Source: Mytilus trossulus (Eukaryota). From it: a stretch of DNA of 64,000 nucleotides. This document shows, one piece after another, positions 1-13,200 of this stretch. A program made the position numbers and the translations under genes. Below the pieces are notes generated by a model. It was not told the origin of the DNA and did no database searches. It saw nothing but the letters and a program-made list of their open reading frames with translations. Where the stretch lies: the NCBI RefSeq assembly GCF_036588685.1, contig NC_086381.1, positions 3,906,001 to 3,970,000 of the forward strand, written 5' to 3'. Within the stretch, counting starts at the first letter, position 1; each line of letters starts with the position of its first letter.

Positions 1-70
1 TTATCAATTACAACGCCAGATAATAAGTAAACATGATTTATAATGAATTGTCTGCTGTTTATATAAATTA

Positions 71-1147
71 ACTCACCTAATCCACCATAATTAATACCAG
101 ACGAAGGATCCACATGATCTACAATTAACCCATCAGATGTGAATGTAGTGTGGACTTACCTAATACATTATAAACAATGCATGATGATAGATCCACATGA
201 TCGACAATGAATCTATCAGATGTGAATGTAGTGTGGACTTACCTAATCCATCATAAACAAAGCCAGATGATGGATCCACATGATCCACAATGAATCTATC
301 AGATGTGAATGTAGTGTGGACTTACCTAATCCATCATAAACAAAGCCAGATGATGGATCCACATGATCCACAATGAATCCATCAGATGTGAATGTAGTAT
401 GGACTCACCTAACCCATCATAAACAATAGCAGACGAAGGATCCACATGATCCACAATGAATCCATAAGATGTGAATGTAGTGTGGACTTACCTAATCCAT
501 CATAAACAATGCAAGATGATGGATCCACATGATCCGCAATGAATCCATAGGATGTGGATGAAGTGTGGACTTACCTAATCCATCATAAACAATGCCAGAT
601 GATGGATCCACATGATCCACAATGAATCCATCAGATGTGGATGTAGTGTGGGCTTACCTAATCCATCATAAACAATGCCAGATGATGGATCCACATGATC
701 CACAATGAATCCATCAGATGTGAATGTAGTGTGGACTTACCTAATCCATCATAAACAATGCCAGATGGTGGATCCACATGATCCACAATGAATCCATCAG
801 ATGTGAATGTAGTGTGGACTTACCTAATCCATCATAAACAATGCCAGATGATGGATCCACATGATCCACAATGAATCCATCATATGTGGATGTAGTGTGG
901 ACTTACCTAATCCATCATAAACAATGCTAGATGATAGATCCACATGATCCACAATGAATCCATCAGATGTGGATGTAGTGTGGACTTACCTTTCCATCAT
1001 AAACAATGCCAGATGATAGATCCACATGATCCACAATGAATCCATCATATGTGGATGTAGTGTGGACTTACCTAATCCATCATAAACAATGCCAGATGAT
1101 GGATCCACATGATCCACAATGAATCCATCAGATGTGGATGTAGTGTG
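71..1147 (-). repeat. 83-bp tandem array, 13 copies = 3' end of exon 27 + splice donor
   Basis: Donor motif recurs at 73,156,239...986,1068. Confidence 0.95.
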
Positions 1148-1275
1148 GGCTCCAGCATGGTTATAAGCTATGACATTAGAGTAATATCTAACACCAGGTA
1201 TCAGGCTGATTCTAGACATATTGTATCCTGTGGCTGTCCCTGGTATAGCCTCTGGTATGGTCAGGATATCATAAC
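1072..1275 (-). CDS. Exon 27 (YDILTIPE...VDHVDPSSGIVYDGL), phase 1-1
   Basis: TTTATAG acceptor, G|GTAAGT donor; edge copy of the 83-bp array. Confidence 0.85.
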
Positions 1276-4200
1276 CTATAAACACATAAAATCACTGATA
1301 ATAATGGCAGATCAAAGCATTATATATCAGATTAAATCTAGACATATTGTATCCTGTGGCTGTCCCTGATATTACCTCTGGTATTGCCAGGGTATCATAA
1401 CTTTAAACACATAAAATCACTGATATAATTAATGGCAGATCATAGCATTAGATATCAGGTTAAATCTAGACATATTGTATCCTGTGGCTGTCCCTGATAT
1501 TACCTCTGGTATTGTCAGGATATCATAATCTATAATCACATAAAACCATTGATATAATGGCAGATCATAGCATTAGATATCCGATTGAATCTAGACATAT
1601 AATGCAAATGTTTGCACCTGCCCTAAGTCAGGAATCTGATGTACAGTAGTTGTCGTTTGATTATGTTATTTATACGTGTTTCTCCTTTCTCGTTTTTTAA
1701 TATAAACTAGACCGTTGGTTTTCCCGTTTGAATGGTTTTACACTAGTAATTTGGGGGCCCTTTATAGCTTGTTGTTCGGGTTGAGCCAAGGCTCCGTGTT
1801 GAAGGCCGTACATTGACCTATAATGGTTTACTTTTTTAAATTGTTATTTGGATGGAGAGTTGTCTCATTGACACTCACACCACATCTTCCTATATCAATA
1901 TAATGACTTGTATAAGGCAAATCTTAGCATTACATTTCAGATGACGCTGCTTCTTGTATATCTAGCTACATTATTGTTTGGATGTCATAAGCTTTAAATA
2001 TGTTAAATTATATCATATCACCAACTCTATTTGGCTATACATTTTGTCCCCTCTTCAATGTTTGTTCTAATTTTTAGGACTTTCAATCTTATTAGCCTTG
2101 CGCATTACTGAAAGATGAAAATGGTAAACATACGCAGTTGTTGCAAAAAATATTTGTTCCAGTACTTGAGTACTGAAATGCAGATAATGAAAATATAAAG
2201 ATTGAACGAGTACAGATCCCGCTGTTTTGTTTAGACCCTTTTAATCATTTATCTCTTTATTTTATTTTAGAATCAAGTTTTGTTCTTAAGGTAAGCATGT
2301 TTTACTGTATTGATTGTCTACAAACAAATATAAATCCTCTCTTTTTCCTTTTTTTGTTTTTTAGGTCAAACTACAAAATAAGAAAACACTCAAGACATAT
2401 TGTACCCTGTTGGTGTACATACATGTTAGGTTTATCGACCTAGGCTTATATTAAGACATAACTTTTTATTTTCATTATCAGCATGGGCATTATGAACAGA
2501 GCTCCTAATTATGGAGGAACGTTCCTACACTCCAAAATTCGAGTCGGTTACACACTCTTCAGTTTCTAGTTCAATACCTTGAAACCTTTGTAAATGTAAA
2601 TTTTTGAACTAGAAAATAGTGTTGTCTATGATTTGATAATTCATAATGATGTTTTCCATTTGGGACGGTGTTGTATTATATTTTATGATTTTTATCTCAG
2701 AGAGTTTTCTATTCTTTGATTTATTTTTTGATACAAATGGCACCTTTAAGAACTTAAGACAGGAGGTTAATTTTGTTCAGTTCATATTTATTCTAATTCT
2801 AGCTTCTCTGTGTATGCAGCATAGTGTTGACCATACTCAAAATCTAACTACTAAATCTAAACAAAATGAATTGTCTGTGTATCAAACTATTGTGGTAATC
2901 AGGTTAAGATGAATTCCATATATATATATATATATATATAAAGGTGTGGAATAAGTGCAAATTAGACAACTATCCATCCAAATCACAATTTGTATAAGGT
3001 AAACCTTTATTGGTCAAAGTACTGACAGCCTTCGCCACGGTATCTTGGTTAACGGTCATATTGACCATTTACTGACCTCCTGGAAACGAACTAAGATACA
3101 GTCTGTATTTTTCTATCGTTGCCTCAGTATTCAGGAATTTATTTTTCCATTTGAAGGTTATAGGTCGTCCTATCCTCATGTAATCGTCATCTTTAGCTGT
3201 TGTGCCTTGCACATTCTCTGTTACCTATCAATATGTTTATCATTGTTTATGTTTGTTAAAAGAAATATAAATTTCATTAAAGATTTCAAAGACTTCCATT
3301 TTATTACTGAAAATGTGTACACAAAATTACGAAAAAACATGTTATAAGGGAAAAGGAGACAAGAATTACCAAACAATATGAAACACTACAATTGGCCATA
3401 CCAACCAAACAACACACAACTATTTTAAGAAAAGTTAAATTCATATAAGATGCGAAGGAACGACGCATATTGCCCTGCTCGTAAAGCTTGAAGCAATTTT
3501 TCGGAATAGAAATTTTAAAATTATGAACCCCGAAATATCGGCATAATCAGCAAACGGATTCAAACGAAATCTCATTCTGTTATTCTCATAGAGGACTCTG
3601 ATACTTAAAGTTAGCTCAATATATGAAGGCGTTTACAAACCAGTCTGACGTGTTCAACTGTTTTTCACAAATTTTCAAAATTTAAAGCAGTAATGTTGCA
3701 AAAACATCAGTGGAGAAAAGACAAACGTAATCTCAATCTGCACCCATCATAGTAGACTCACATACATGAAAGTCCGATTAACAGTTCTTTACATAATGAC
3801 AGAATGACGAAATGACGGAACGATAGATAAGGTTAACACTATATGGCCCGGACTACAGTATGCGGGTGATAATATCCAAACACCACGGCATATGGTATAG
3901 AAAACAAGACTTCATAATTCCAAACGATTTTTCCAATTAGAATTAAGCGTTTCATTAAAATTTACCGGAAAAATTACCGAAACAGTATAATGTCAATTAA
4001 ATTAACAATACCAAACTCAATATTTTCATATTTTAGAAATCTTTAAGGTTTATTAAATATATATAGTTAATATATCATACTTTCAGAAATAGAAACTGAA
4101 CGCTTATTCATATGAATTCTTTCAGAAAATATTCATTTAAAATGCTTATATATAAATGCTATTGGAAAATATTCATTTGTCAATTTCATTTCTTGCATTT

Positions 4201-7200
4201 GCAGCTGTGTTTTACTGAAGAAAATTGTAGTTCATTGAACAAAGTTTATCATATAACATTCCAATCAAGAATAGAAAAGTGAGGACATTCACAGTCCACA
4301 AAATGTTAATGGAAAGTATATATCTTACTTACAGCTGTGCCTCGAACTGTTGCTAAAACAGGTGCTTGTGTCATCACATATATGCCATTTGTTTTAAATA
4401 CAACATAGATATTCGAGGAATACCAAACTTTCACATACACTGAATATACAAATGTGTTTATCAGTAAGTCTTTACCTGTTAATATAAACACAACATCAAT
4501 GTTAGAGGAATCACAACATATTCACAAGGGCTATCTGTCACAGCACATTTATATGGAATATTAGTCAGAACATTCAAAATGGCTGTTCATCACAACATAT
4601 TCACACATAAAATGCTATTTACAAAATTTTCACATGGAATGACAGTGACAACATTTTCACAACCGCAACATATTTACTAGGCTTAGAGTCATAAAATAGT
4701 ACTATTGGTTTATTATTCACAGCATATTCACAAGCGCTGCTTGTCACAAGACCTATGATTGTAAGTCACAACATATTGACAAGCTCAGGGTTGTCTTGAG
4801 AAATAGAGAATGTTAGAATGCATAATAATATAAATTTATAAGTCCCAGCATACGGAGGGATTCTCAAATAAACAAAATATTCACTGGGTGTATACAAATT
4901 ATGAAAAAGAAGCTATACCTACAACATTTATGTTCTAAAGATTATCATGGTGAAAAACTCCTAGGATGAAAAGAAACTGTGTCCATCAAACTGACAATTA
5001 ACAAAGATGGAGACAACTTAAAAAAGTATATTTGTTTTCTCTCACTTTTATTCTAACAAGTATGTTCATTCCAAGCTTATAAACTTAATGCAATAGTTAC
5101 TTACATTGTGTATAGAGGATACACACATGGCATTATGATTATTTTACCTGGACCAATCGTGAACACAGCGTCCATCAACTGACCGGCGTCCTGCCAAACT
5201 TTATCATCTACTGGGTCAAAGATGCCCTCAGGTCCTAACCTGTCTGCATACCCAACACTCCATTCATACCTACATGCATTGCAGGAAAATTTTTAATGAT
5301 GATGATTTTTTTTGGCCAATTATGTTTTTACAATCATATAAACCCAAAAATCAGATAAAGAAAAAACAGTTTAATTCTAAAAATATTTGGCCCCTTTGAG
5401 GTGTACATCATTAAAAGAAAATGAGTAAGGATTACAAAGATATTGAACTCAAACTTATGACCAATTTTACCAGTGAGAACGAATTACCTTTACCTATATT
5501 CGTCCAAACCAATAGAAAACTAACTCTTACATTGTGTTCCTATGTAATGTGACGTCAGTTCTTGCGTTGAGGCCTTGCCTAACTCGGGTGTATATTTTTG
5601 TGTGTGATTATGTTGGTTTATGTAATGTATCGGGTGTTTTTTTTTGTTTTTTTTCTGTAATTAGTTAATACTTCAGTTTTATTATGTATATCTTTTATTT
5701 AGTCATTTCATAAAATCTACTGTTAACAAAAGTATAAACTATTCTTAATAATAAGGAAGTTCTTGCCCCAGGCAGAAAACCCTAGCCGTATTTGGCACAA
5801 CTTTTTTGAACTTTTCCTCAGTGCTGTTCAACTTTGTACTTGTTTTGGCTTTCGAACTTTTATATCTGGGCGTCACTAGTAAGTCTTGTGTGGACGAAAA
5901 GGGCTTCTGGCGTTTTAAAATTTTAAACCTGGTGCCTTTTGTTAGCTATTATTCGTGTGTTTCTTTGTCCAATATGTTCTCCTATTTATTTGTATTGTAG
6001 TCCTGCAATGTTGTGTTGTAATTTTAATTTTATATTAAACATTGCCATTAAAGTGGGAGGGGATGTTTGGCATGCCACAAAACCAGGTTCAACCAATCAT
6101 ATTTTTTCTTTTAAAAAAAAATGCACTGTACCAAGTCAGAAATATGGCCATTGTTTTATTATGTAGTTCGTTTCTGTGTGTGTTACATTTTAACGTTGGG
6201 TTTCTTTTGTGTTGTTTGTTTTACTCTTATATTTGAGTTAGAATTCACATTATTATAAGACGTGTCACGGTACTTTTCTATCCCATATTCATGTATTTAG
6301 TTTTGATGTTATATTTGTTATTCTCATCGGATGTTGTCTAATGCATGCTTAGTTCCTTTCTGTGTGTGTGTTTCATTTTAATGTTGAATCGCTGTTCTCC
6401 TCTTATATTTAATGTGTTTCCCTCAGTTTTAGTTTGTAACCCGGATTTTTTTTTTATCGATTTATGAGTCTTAAACAGCGGTATACTACTGTTGCCTTTA
6501 TTTACAGAGTTACATAACTGGACTTGAATCATGTGAGAAACGTTTTGTTTTTCATAAATATGATATAACACCATTTACGATGATGATGTGCATGTGTTGG
6601 TTGCCTGCTGTTACATTGAAATGAAAGTAAAAATGAATATTTAAAATTCCGCCTGTCTTGTTCTTTTTCCACACTATCCCTCGCCGTCAATATCATCATA
6701 ACGGAGAGTGAAATCTGCCACGAACCTCTCAATACTTTGTTGGATATTGTGACAACCTGTACAATAGTAATGACATACGTGTGACTTACCACTTAGGTTT
6801 AGACGGATTTTGTTGTGAAATCTGCCATGTAGCTCTGAGAATATTGTTAGATGCAGTCACAGCCTGATCAACAGTAGAAAAGGCCATTTATATACTATCA
6901 TAAGACTTACCATTTAGGTTTAGACGGATATATCAGTGAAATCTGCCATGTGGCTCTCAGAACATTGTTAGATGCTGTGACGGCCTGATCATTTTTAGAG
7001 TAACCATTTGTATCCTTTACTAGTAATAAGGTATACTGCGTACCAGAAAATACACCTACAAAAATGAATGTCGATATATCTAATGATATTCTGCATCTTT
7101 GGATTACACTTTGTTTTAATCATCTTGATCTGCTGTCTTAAACATCAGAATAAAGGATAAACAATCGATATTCTGGTGTAGTGGTGCACCAGAACAAGAC

Positions 7201-10200
7201 GAAAATAAATGTCCATCACAATATAAAACAATGAAAGAAAGAGTACAGACATGAAAAAACCCAATTCAAATAACAGTCATACAGTCATATATGAAAATCA
7301 GTCGGTCGTTCCCTAACTTCATAGAGTTGAAGAAGATATACATCTATAATGTTTGGTGGTGTAAACGTCTTGAAATGATTATGACATGCTATTTGTTTGA
7401 TACATCGGCAAATGTGCCCGGAGTTCAGAACTATAATTGTTTTTGTCTTGTCTGAAACATTTGTGATGATGTCAACAATTGCTTGGCATGTTTAGTGTAA
7501 CACATATTTTTTTACCTTTGAAATTTGCAGAATTTTTACCATCACTGATTATTTAAACACCAAGTACATACTTCTTGTTATACATTAAACTTACTTTTAT
7601 GCACCAATAACGGACTTTAACATATTCTGTCCAGCACTAAATCACTATTTAACATGTTAATAGAATATCAACTCTAGAACTGAGATTGGTATCTCTACTA
7701 TTTGACACAAAAGTACAGTTATCGAAAGATTGTACTACATTGTAAGTTGCACCAACACAATGCAATGTGCACTATAGTGATATACTTACTATCTGATTTA
7801 TCAATACAGCCACCCAACGTTTGGGAATATGGACATTTTTGGTCCTGTGGAGCACAAACACAGTGACCTTCACACGAAAGAGCATCACATCTTCTCATTA
7901 ACTCTAAAGAGCTTGGTGGAGTCTTTGTAAAGGCTGAATGGACCATATGACTTCGCAAACCAACCTTTAAGGAAAATTTCAAGAAATGTGCCTGTATGTA
8001 TTTTCGTAATTACATAAAAAATTTAAGCAATTGTATTATAGGTAACCTCCATGATTAGAAAATTATACTTATTCATTAATATTAAACAAAATAACAAAAA
8101 GATTATCCCTGTCTTCCAAGAAGGTTATTCAATTCAGTTCAATATAAACTACAAAATTATAATTAAGGTTTTTCTAAATAGAAAAGGCTAATTCAAATTT
8201 AAGTATTAAAAGGTTTGTCAGAAAGAAAAATACTTTTTCAAACCAGTTCTTTAAAACACTGAAATGGTGGGTTTGAATATTGGCCAGGAACAATTTAGTT
8301 TGGGTTCACATAGGGATTTCCTTTTTTGCTCAATGGATACTTTTATGTGTAGTGTTTTATGAACCAGTGTTTGCCTTTTCTACTTTTCTCTTTTAGCTAT
8401 GCATTATCATAGAGCGAGAAGTCCATTTCTTACTTTAGTATGGAAAAGATGTTTCTCCTTTATCCAAATATATTCAAAATTTTTTTGAAATCAGAAACAT
8501 AACTATGAACGTCCTACCGACTATACTACTATTTCATACAAACCTTATTTACAGCCCAGACAGTAATAAACAGTTCATCATAATTTGTCAGTTTTTCAGT
8601 CGCGACTTTATGCAGTTGAACTTTGCCCTCATCACCATGATCAGTGTTTGTTTCAACATGAATGTACTTAGCCGTGTGATCCTAATTAGGTATAAAAATT
8701 TATATTAAATTGATAATAACAAGATATTATACATTATTATATGAGCTACGTCACAATAATTATACCCAATATCCAAAATAACAAGTCACAAAATGCAGCA
8801 TTTCCAGATAAATCTTTGAGCAAATTAATTAAGAGGGTACTTCCTATAACTGTATCCTTCCACTCACCTTAGTCTAATCTTTAGCCATGTATGATGATCA
8901 TACAGTGACCATATAATGATCTATCTGTGAATGGATATCACTGAATCCTAGCCATGCCAGGTAACCCCTATAACCGTATCGTTCAACTCACCTTAGTCAA
9001 ATCTTTAGTCATGTATGATGAACCTACAGTGACCATATAATGGTCTATCTGTGAATGGATATCACTGAATCCTAGCCATGCCAGGTAACCCCTATAACCG
9101 TATCGTTCAACTCACCTTGGTCAAATCTTTAGCCATGTATGATGATCCTACAGTGACCATATAATGATCTATCTGTGAATGGATATCACTGAATCCTAGC
9201 CATGCCAGGTAACCCCTATAACCTTATCCTTCCACTCACCTTAGTCAAATCTTTAGTCATGTATGATGAACCTACAGTGACCATATAATGGTCTATCTGT
9301 GAATAGATATCACTGAATCCTAGCCATGACAGGTACCCCTATAACTGTATCCTTCCACTCACCTTGGTCAAATCTTTAGCCATATATGATGACCCTACAG
9401 TGACCATATAATGATCTATCTTTGAATGCATATCACTGAATTCTAGCCATGCCAGGTACCCCTATAACTGTATCCTTCCACTCACCTTGGTCAAATCTTT
9501 AGCCATGTATGATGACCCTACAGTGACCATATAATGATCTATCTTTGAATGGATATCACTGAATCCGAGCCAGGCCAGGTAAACAGCATAAGTCCCCCAG
9601 GTCATCCATCCTGTTTCGTTCCTGGCCAAGTCTAGATCAACTGCATGGTCTGTTGACATTGCAAAAGTTCCTAATGGAATAAAATTCAGCAAATTGATAA
9701 AGTTTAAAAACGATGTAGCACGTATTAAATGTGTGTACCATCATTGCTTATCCTTCTAGAGCACCTAACATTTACCCATTTTTTTTGGAGTAGGGGATAG
9801 TTTTGTTCAGGGCATACAATACAGTTTTGATCCCGTACTTAAATTTTCATGAAAATTTGCATGTAGGCTAATTTTTACCTGATTTTATCAAATATGTAAT
9901 AAAAAATATACCTTCATGTGCTACTTTTTGAGTAAATTGAGGTTCAAATTTCAGAAATTTCCTAAAAATACGGATTTGTGGACGTATTTTTCCTTTCGAT
10001 AGAAATACATAACTTTTTTGTTTTAAAAGATACACACGATCTGTTTTTGTTAAATTATTTGGAATCTATGTGTTATATATATATTGCATAAATTTTGTAC
10101 ATTTTATTTTAACAAAATTAATAACTCAAATTAATCAAATGATCATGAATGTAGTAAAAACGCGTCATTTGTTGCTGTATATAAATCAAATTAAAAAAAA

Positions 10201-13200
10201 TTGCACTATTTACGTTTCATGAAAATTGGTACACATAATCTTCTTACGTAATCAAACCAAATGTCATTTTAAAGAAGAGGGGTCCGTGAACTCGTTTTTA
10301 AGTTAAATCAGTTTGAATGATAAAAATCAGCCGAAAACTGCATTTTTTCCCGATAAGTCACCGTTTGACGTCGCGAAAATAACAATTTACGCTAGCAACG
10401 TCATTACCTCCCCTGTAACTGTATCATATGCCCTTAAGTCTGTAGTTTTCTATGTTATGTTTTGTGTTCTGTTGTTTGTCTCTGTCCTTTTTAGTCATAG
10501 TCTTCTCATTTTATCTAATAAATAGATTTTTTTATGCTGTCCCGTTGTTATCTTTCGCCTCTATTCTGTTGTCAAGTTCTAGACACTACTGATTAAGGTA
10601 TGAAGCAAACACTCCCTGTGATATAGATATTGTACAAATCTCTGCAGTTTTATATTTTATCCTCCTCTATAAATATTAAACACAACTTTCAAGATATCAG
10701 TGACATGTCTACATGGATTTCTTCAGATAAAAACATTATTCATTGATCAACAATGATATATATAATAGATCATTTCCTTCCCCTCTAGATCTGTACATAG
10801 AAACTTACATCCCTGATGATCACTAAACCGAGGTACACACTCATAATATGCTAAAACAATTCCTGGTCAATAATATGGGACATGTGATATTCTAAGAGTC
10901 GGCCGAGATTAATCAAGCGTGCTTTTAAAGAGCAGAAAGGCAAATCTTTTAAACTTTGGGATCACTTAATTTTCAGAGAATTTAGCCGTGTAAAATGTCA
11001 TTGTTTATTGTATCAAACGGTGAATTTCGGTTCTCCTAATTTTGTAAAAAATGTAATCCCGCTTCGAAACCCGAAAACCTAATCACATCTGTAAAACATG
11101 TCTCTTGTCTCGAAAAGAATAAAGATACATATTCAATTTTATGAACGAAAAAGGGTACAATTTCTCTTCTACCTTGTGGTGTGCTATTTACAAATATTCC
11201 CTGATATGTTGACAATATATCCATTACATACAACCATATTGTCTCCACTCTCTCCATGTTATATTTAAAATAAACAAACCTCTAGATGGTGGAGTACTGT
11301 CCACAAACATCCCCTTGGAGGTAGAAGTAATACAAACCTCTAGATGGTGGGGTACTGTCTACCAACATCCCCTTGGAGGTAGAAGTAATACAAACCTCTA
11401 GATGGTGGTGTACTGTCTACAAACATCCCCTTGGAGGTAGAAGTAATACAAACCTCTAGATGGTGGTGTACTGTCTACAAACATCCCCTTGGAGGTAGAA
11501 GTAATACAAACCTCTAGATGGTGGTGTACTGTCTACAAACATCCCCTTGGAGGTAGAAGTAATACAAACCTCTAGATGGTGGTGTACTGTCTACAAACAT
11601 CCCCTTGGAGGTAGAAGTAATACAAACCTCTAGATGGTGGTGTACTGTCTACAAACATCCCCTTGGAGGTAGAAGTAATACAAACCTCTAGATGGTGGTG
11701 TACTGTCTACAAACATCCCCTTGGAGGTAGAAGTAATACAAACCTCTAGATGGTGGTGTACTGTCTACAAACATCCCCTTGGAGGTAGAAGTAATACAAA
11801 CCTCTAGATGGTGGTGTACTGTCTACAAACATCCCCTTAGAGGTAGAAGTAATACAAACCTCTAGATGGTGGTGTACTGTCTACAAACATCCCCTTGGAG
11901 GTAGAAGTAATACAAACCTCTAGATGGTGGTGTACTGTCTACAAACATCCCCTTGGAGGTAGAAGTAATACAAACCTCTAGATGGTGGTGTACTGTCCAC
12001 AAACATCCCCTTGGAGGTAGAAGTACAAACCTCTAGATGGTGGGGTGCTGTCTACAAACATCCCCTTGGAGGTAGAAGTAATACAAACCTCTAGATGGTG
12101 GAGTACTGTCTACAAACATCCCTTTGGAGGTTGAAGTAATACAAACCTCTACATGGTGGTGTACTGTCTACAAACATCCCCTTGGAGGTAGAAGTAATAC
12201 AAACCTCTAGATGGTGGAGTACTATCTACAAACATCCCCTTAGAGGTAGAAGTAATACAAACCTCTAGATGGTGGTGTACTGTCTACCAACATCCCCTTG
12301 GAGGTAGAAGTAATACAAACCTCTAGATGGTGGTGTACTGTCTACCAACATCCCCTTGGAGGTAGAAGTAATACAAACCTCTAGATGGTGGTGTACTGTC
12401 TACCAACATCCCCTTGGAGGTAGAAGTAATACAAACCTCTAGATGGTGGTGTACTGTCTACAAACATCCCCTTGGAGGTAGAAGTAATACAAACCTCTAG
12501 ATGGTGGTGTACTGTCTACAAACATCCCCTTGGAGGTAGAAGTAATACAAACCTCTAGATGGTGGTGTACTGTCTACAAACATCCCCTTGGAGGTAGAAG
12601 TAATACAAACCTCTAGATGGTGGTGTACTGTCTACAAACATCCCCTTGGAGGTAGAAGTAATACAAACCTCTAGATGGTGGTGTACTGTCTACAAACATC
12701 CCCTTGGAGGTAGAAGTAATACAAACCTCTAGATGGTGGTGTACTGTCTACAAACATCCCCTTGGAGGTAGAAGTAATACAAACCTCTAGATGGTGGTGT
12801 ACTGTCTACCAACATCCCCTTGGAGGTAGAAGTAATACAAACCTCTAGATGGTGGTGTACTGTCTACCAACATCCCCTTGGAGGTAGAAGTAATACAAAC
12901 CTCTAGATGGTGGTGTACTGTCTACCAACATCCCCTTGGAGGTAGAAGTAATACAAACCTCTAGATGGTGGTGTACTGTCTACAAACATCCCCTTGGAGG
13001 TAGAAGTAATACAAACCTCTAGATGGTGGTGTACTGTCTACAAACATCCCCTTGGAGGTAGAAGTAATACAAACCTCTAGATGGTGGTGTACTGTCTACA
13101 AACATCCCCTTGGAGGTAGAAGTAATACAAACCTCTAGATGGTGGTGTACTGTCTACAAACATCCCCTTGGAGGTAGAAGTAATACAAACCTCTAGATGG

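Noticed and set aside
3440-3870. Possible reverse-strand HINE-like remnant
   Set aside because: Only a weak GACG microsatellite and hairpin; ends not definable
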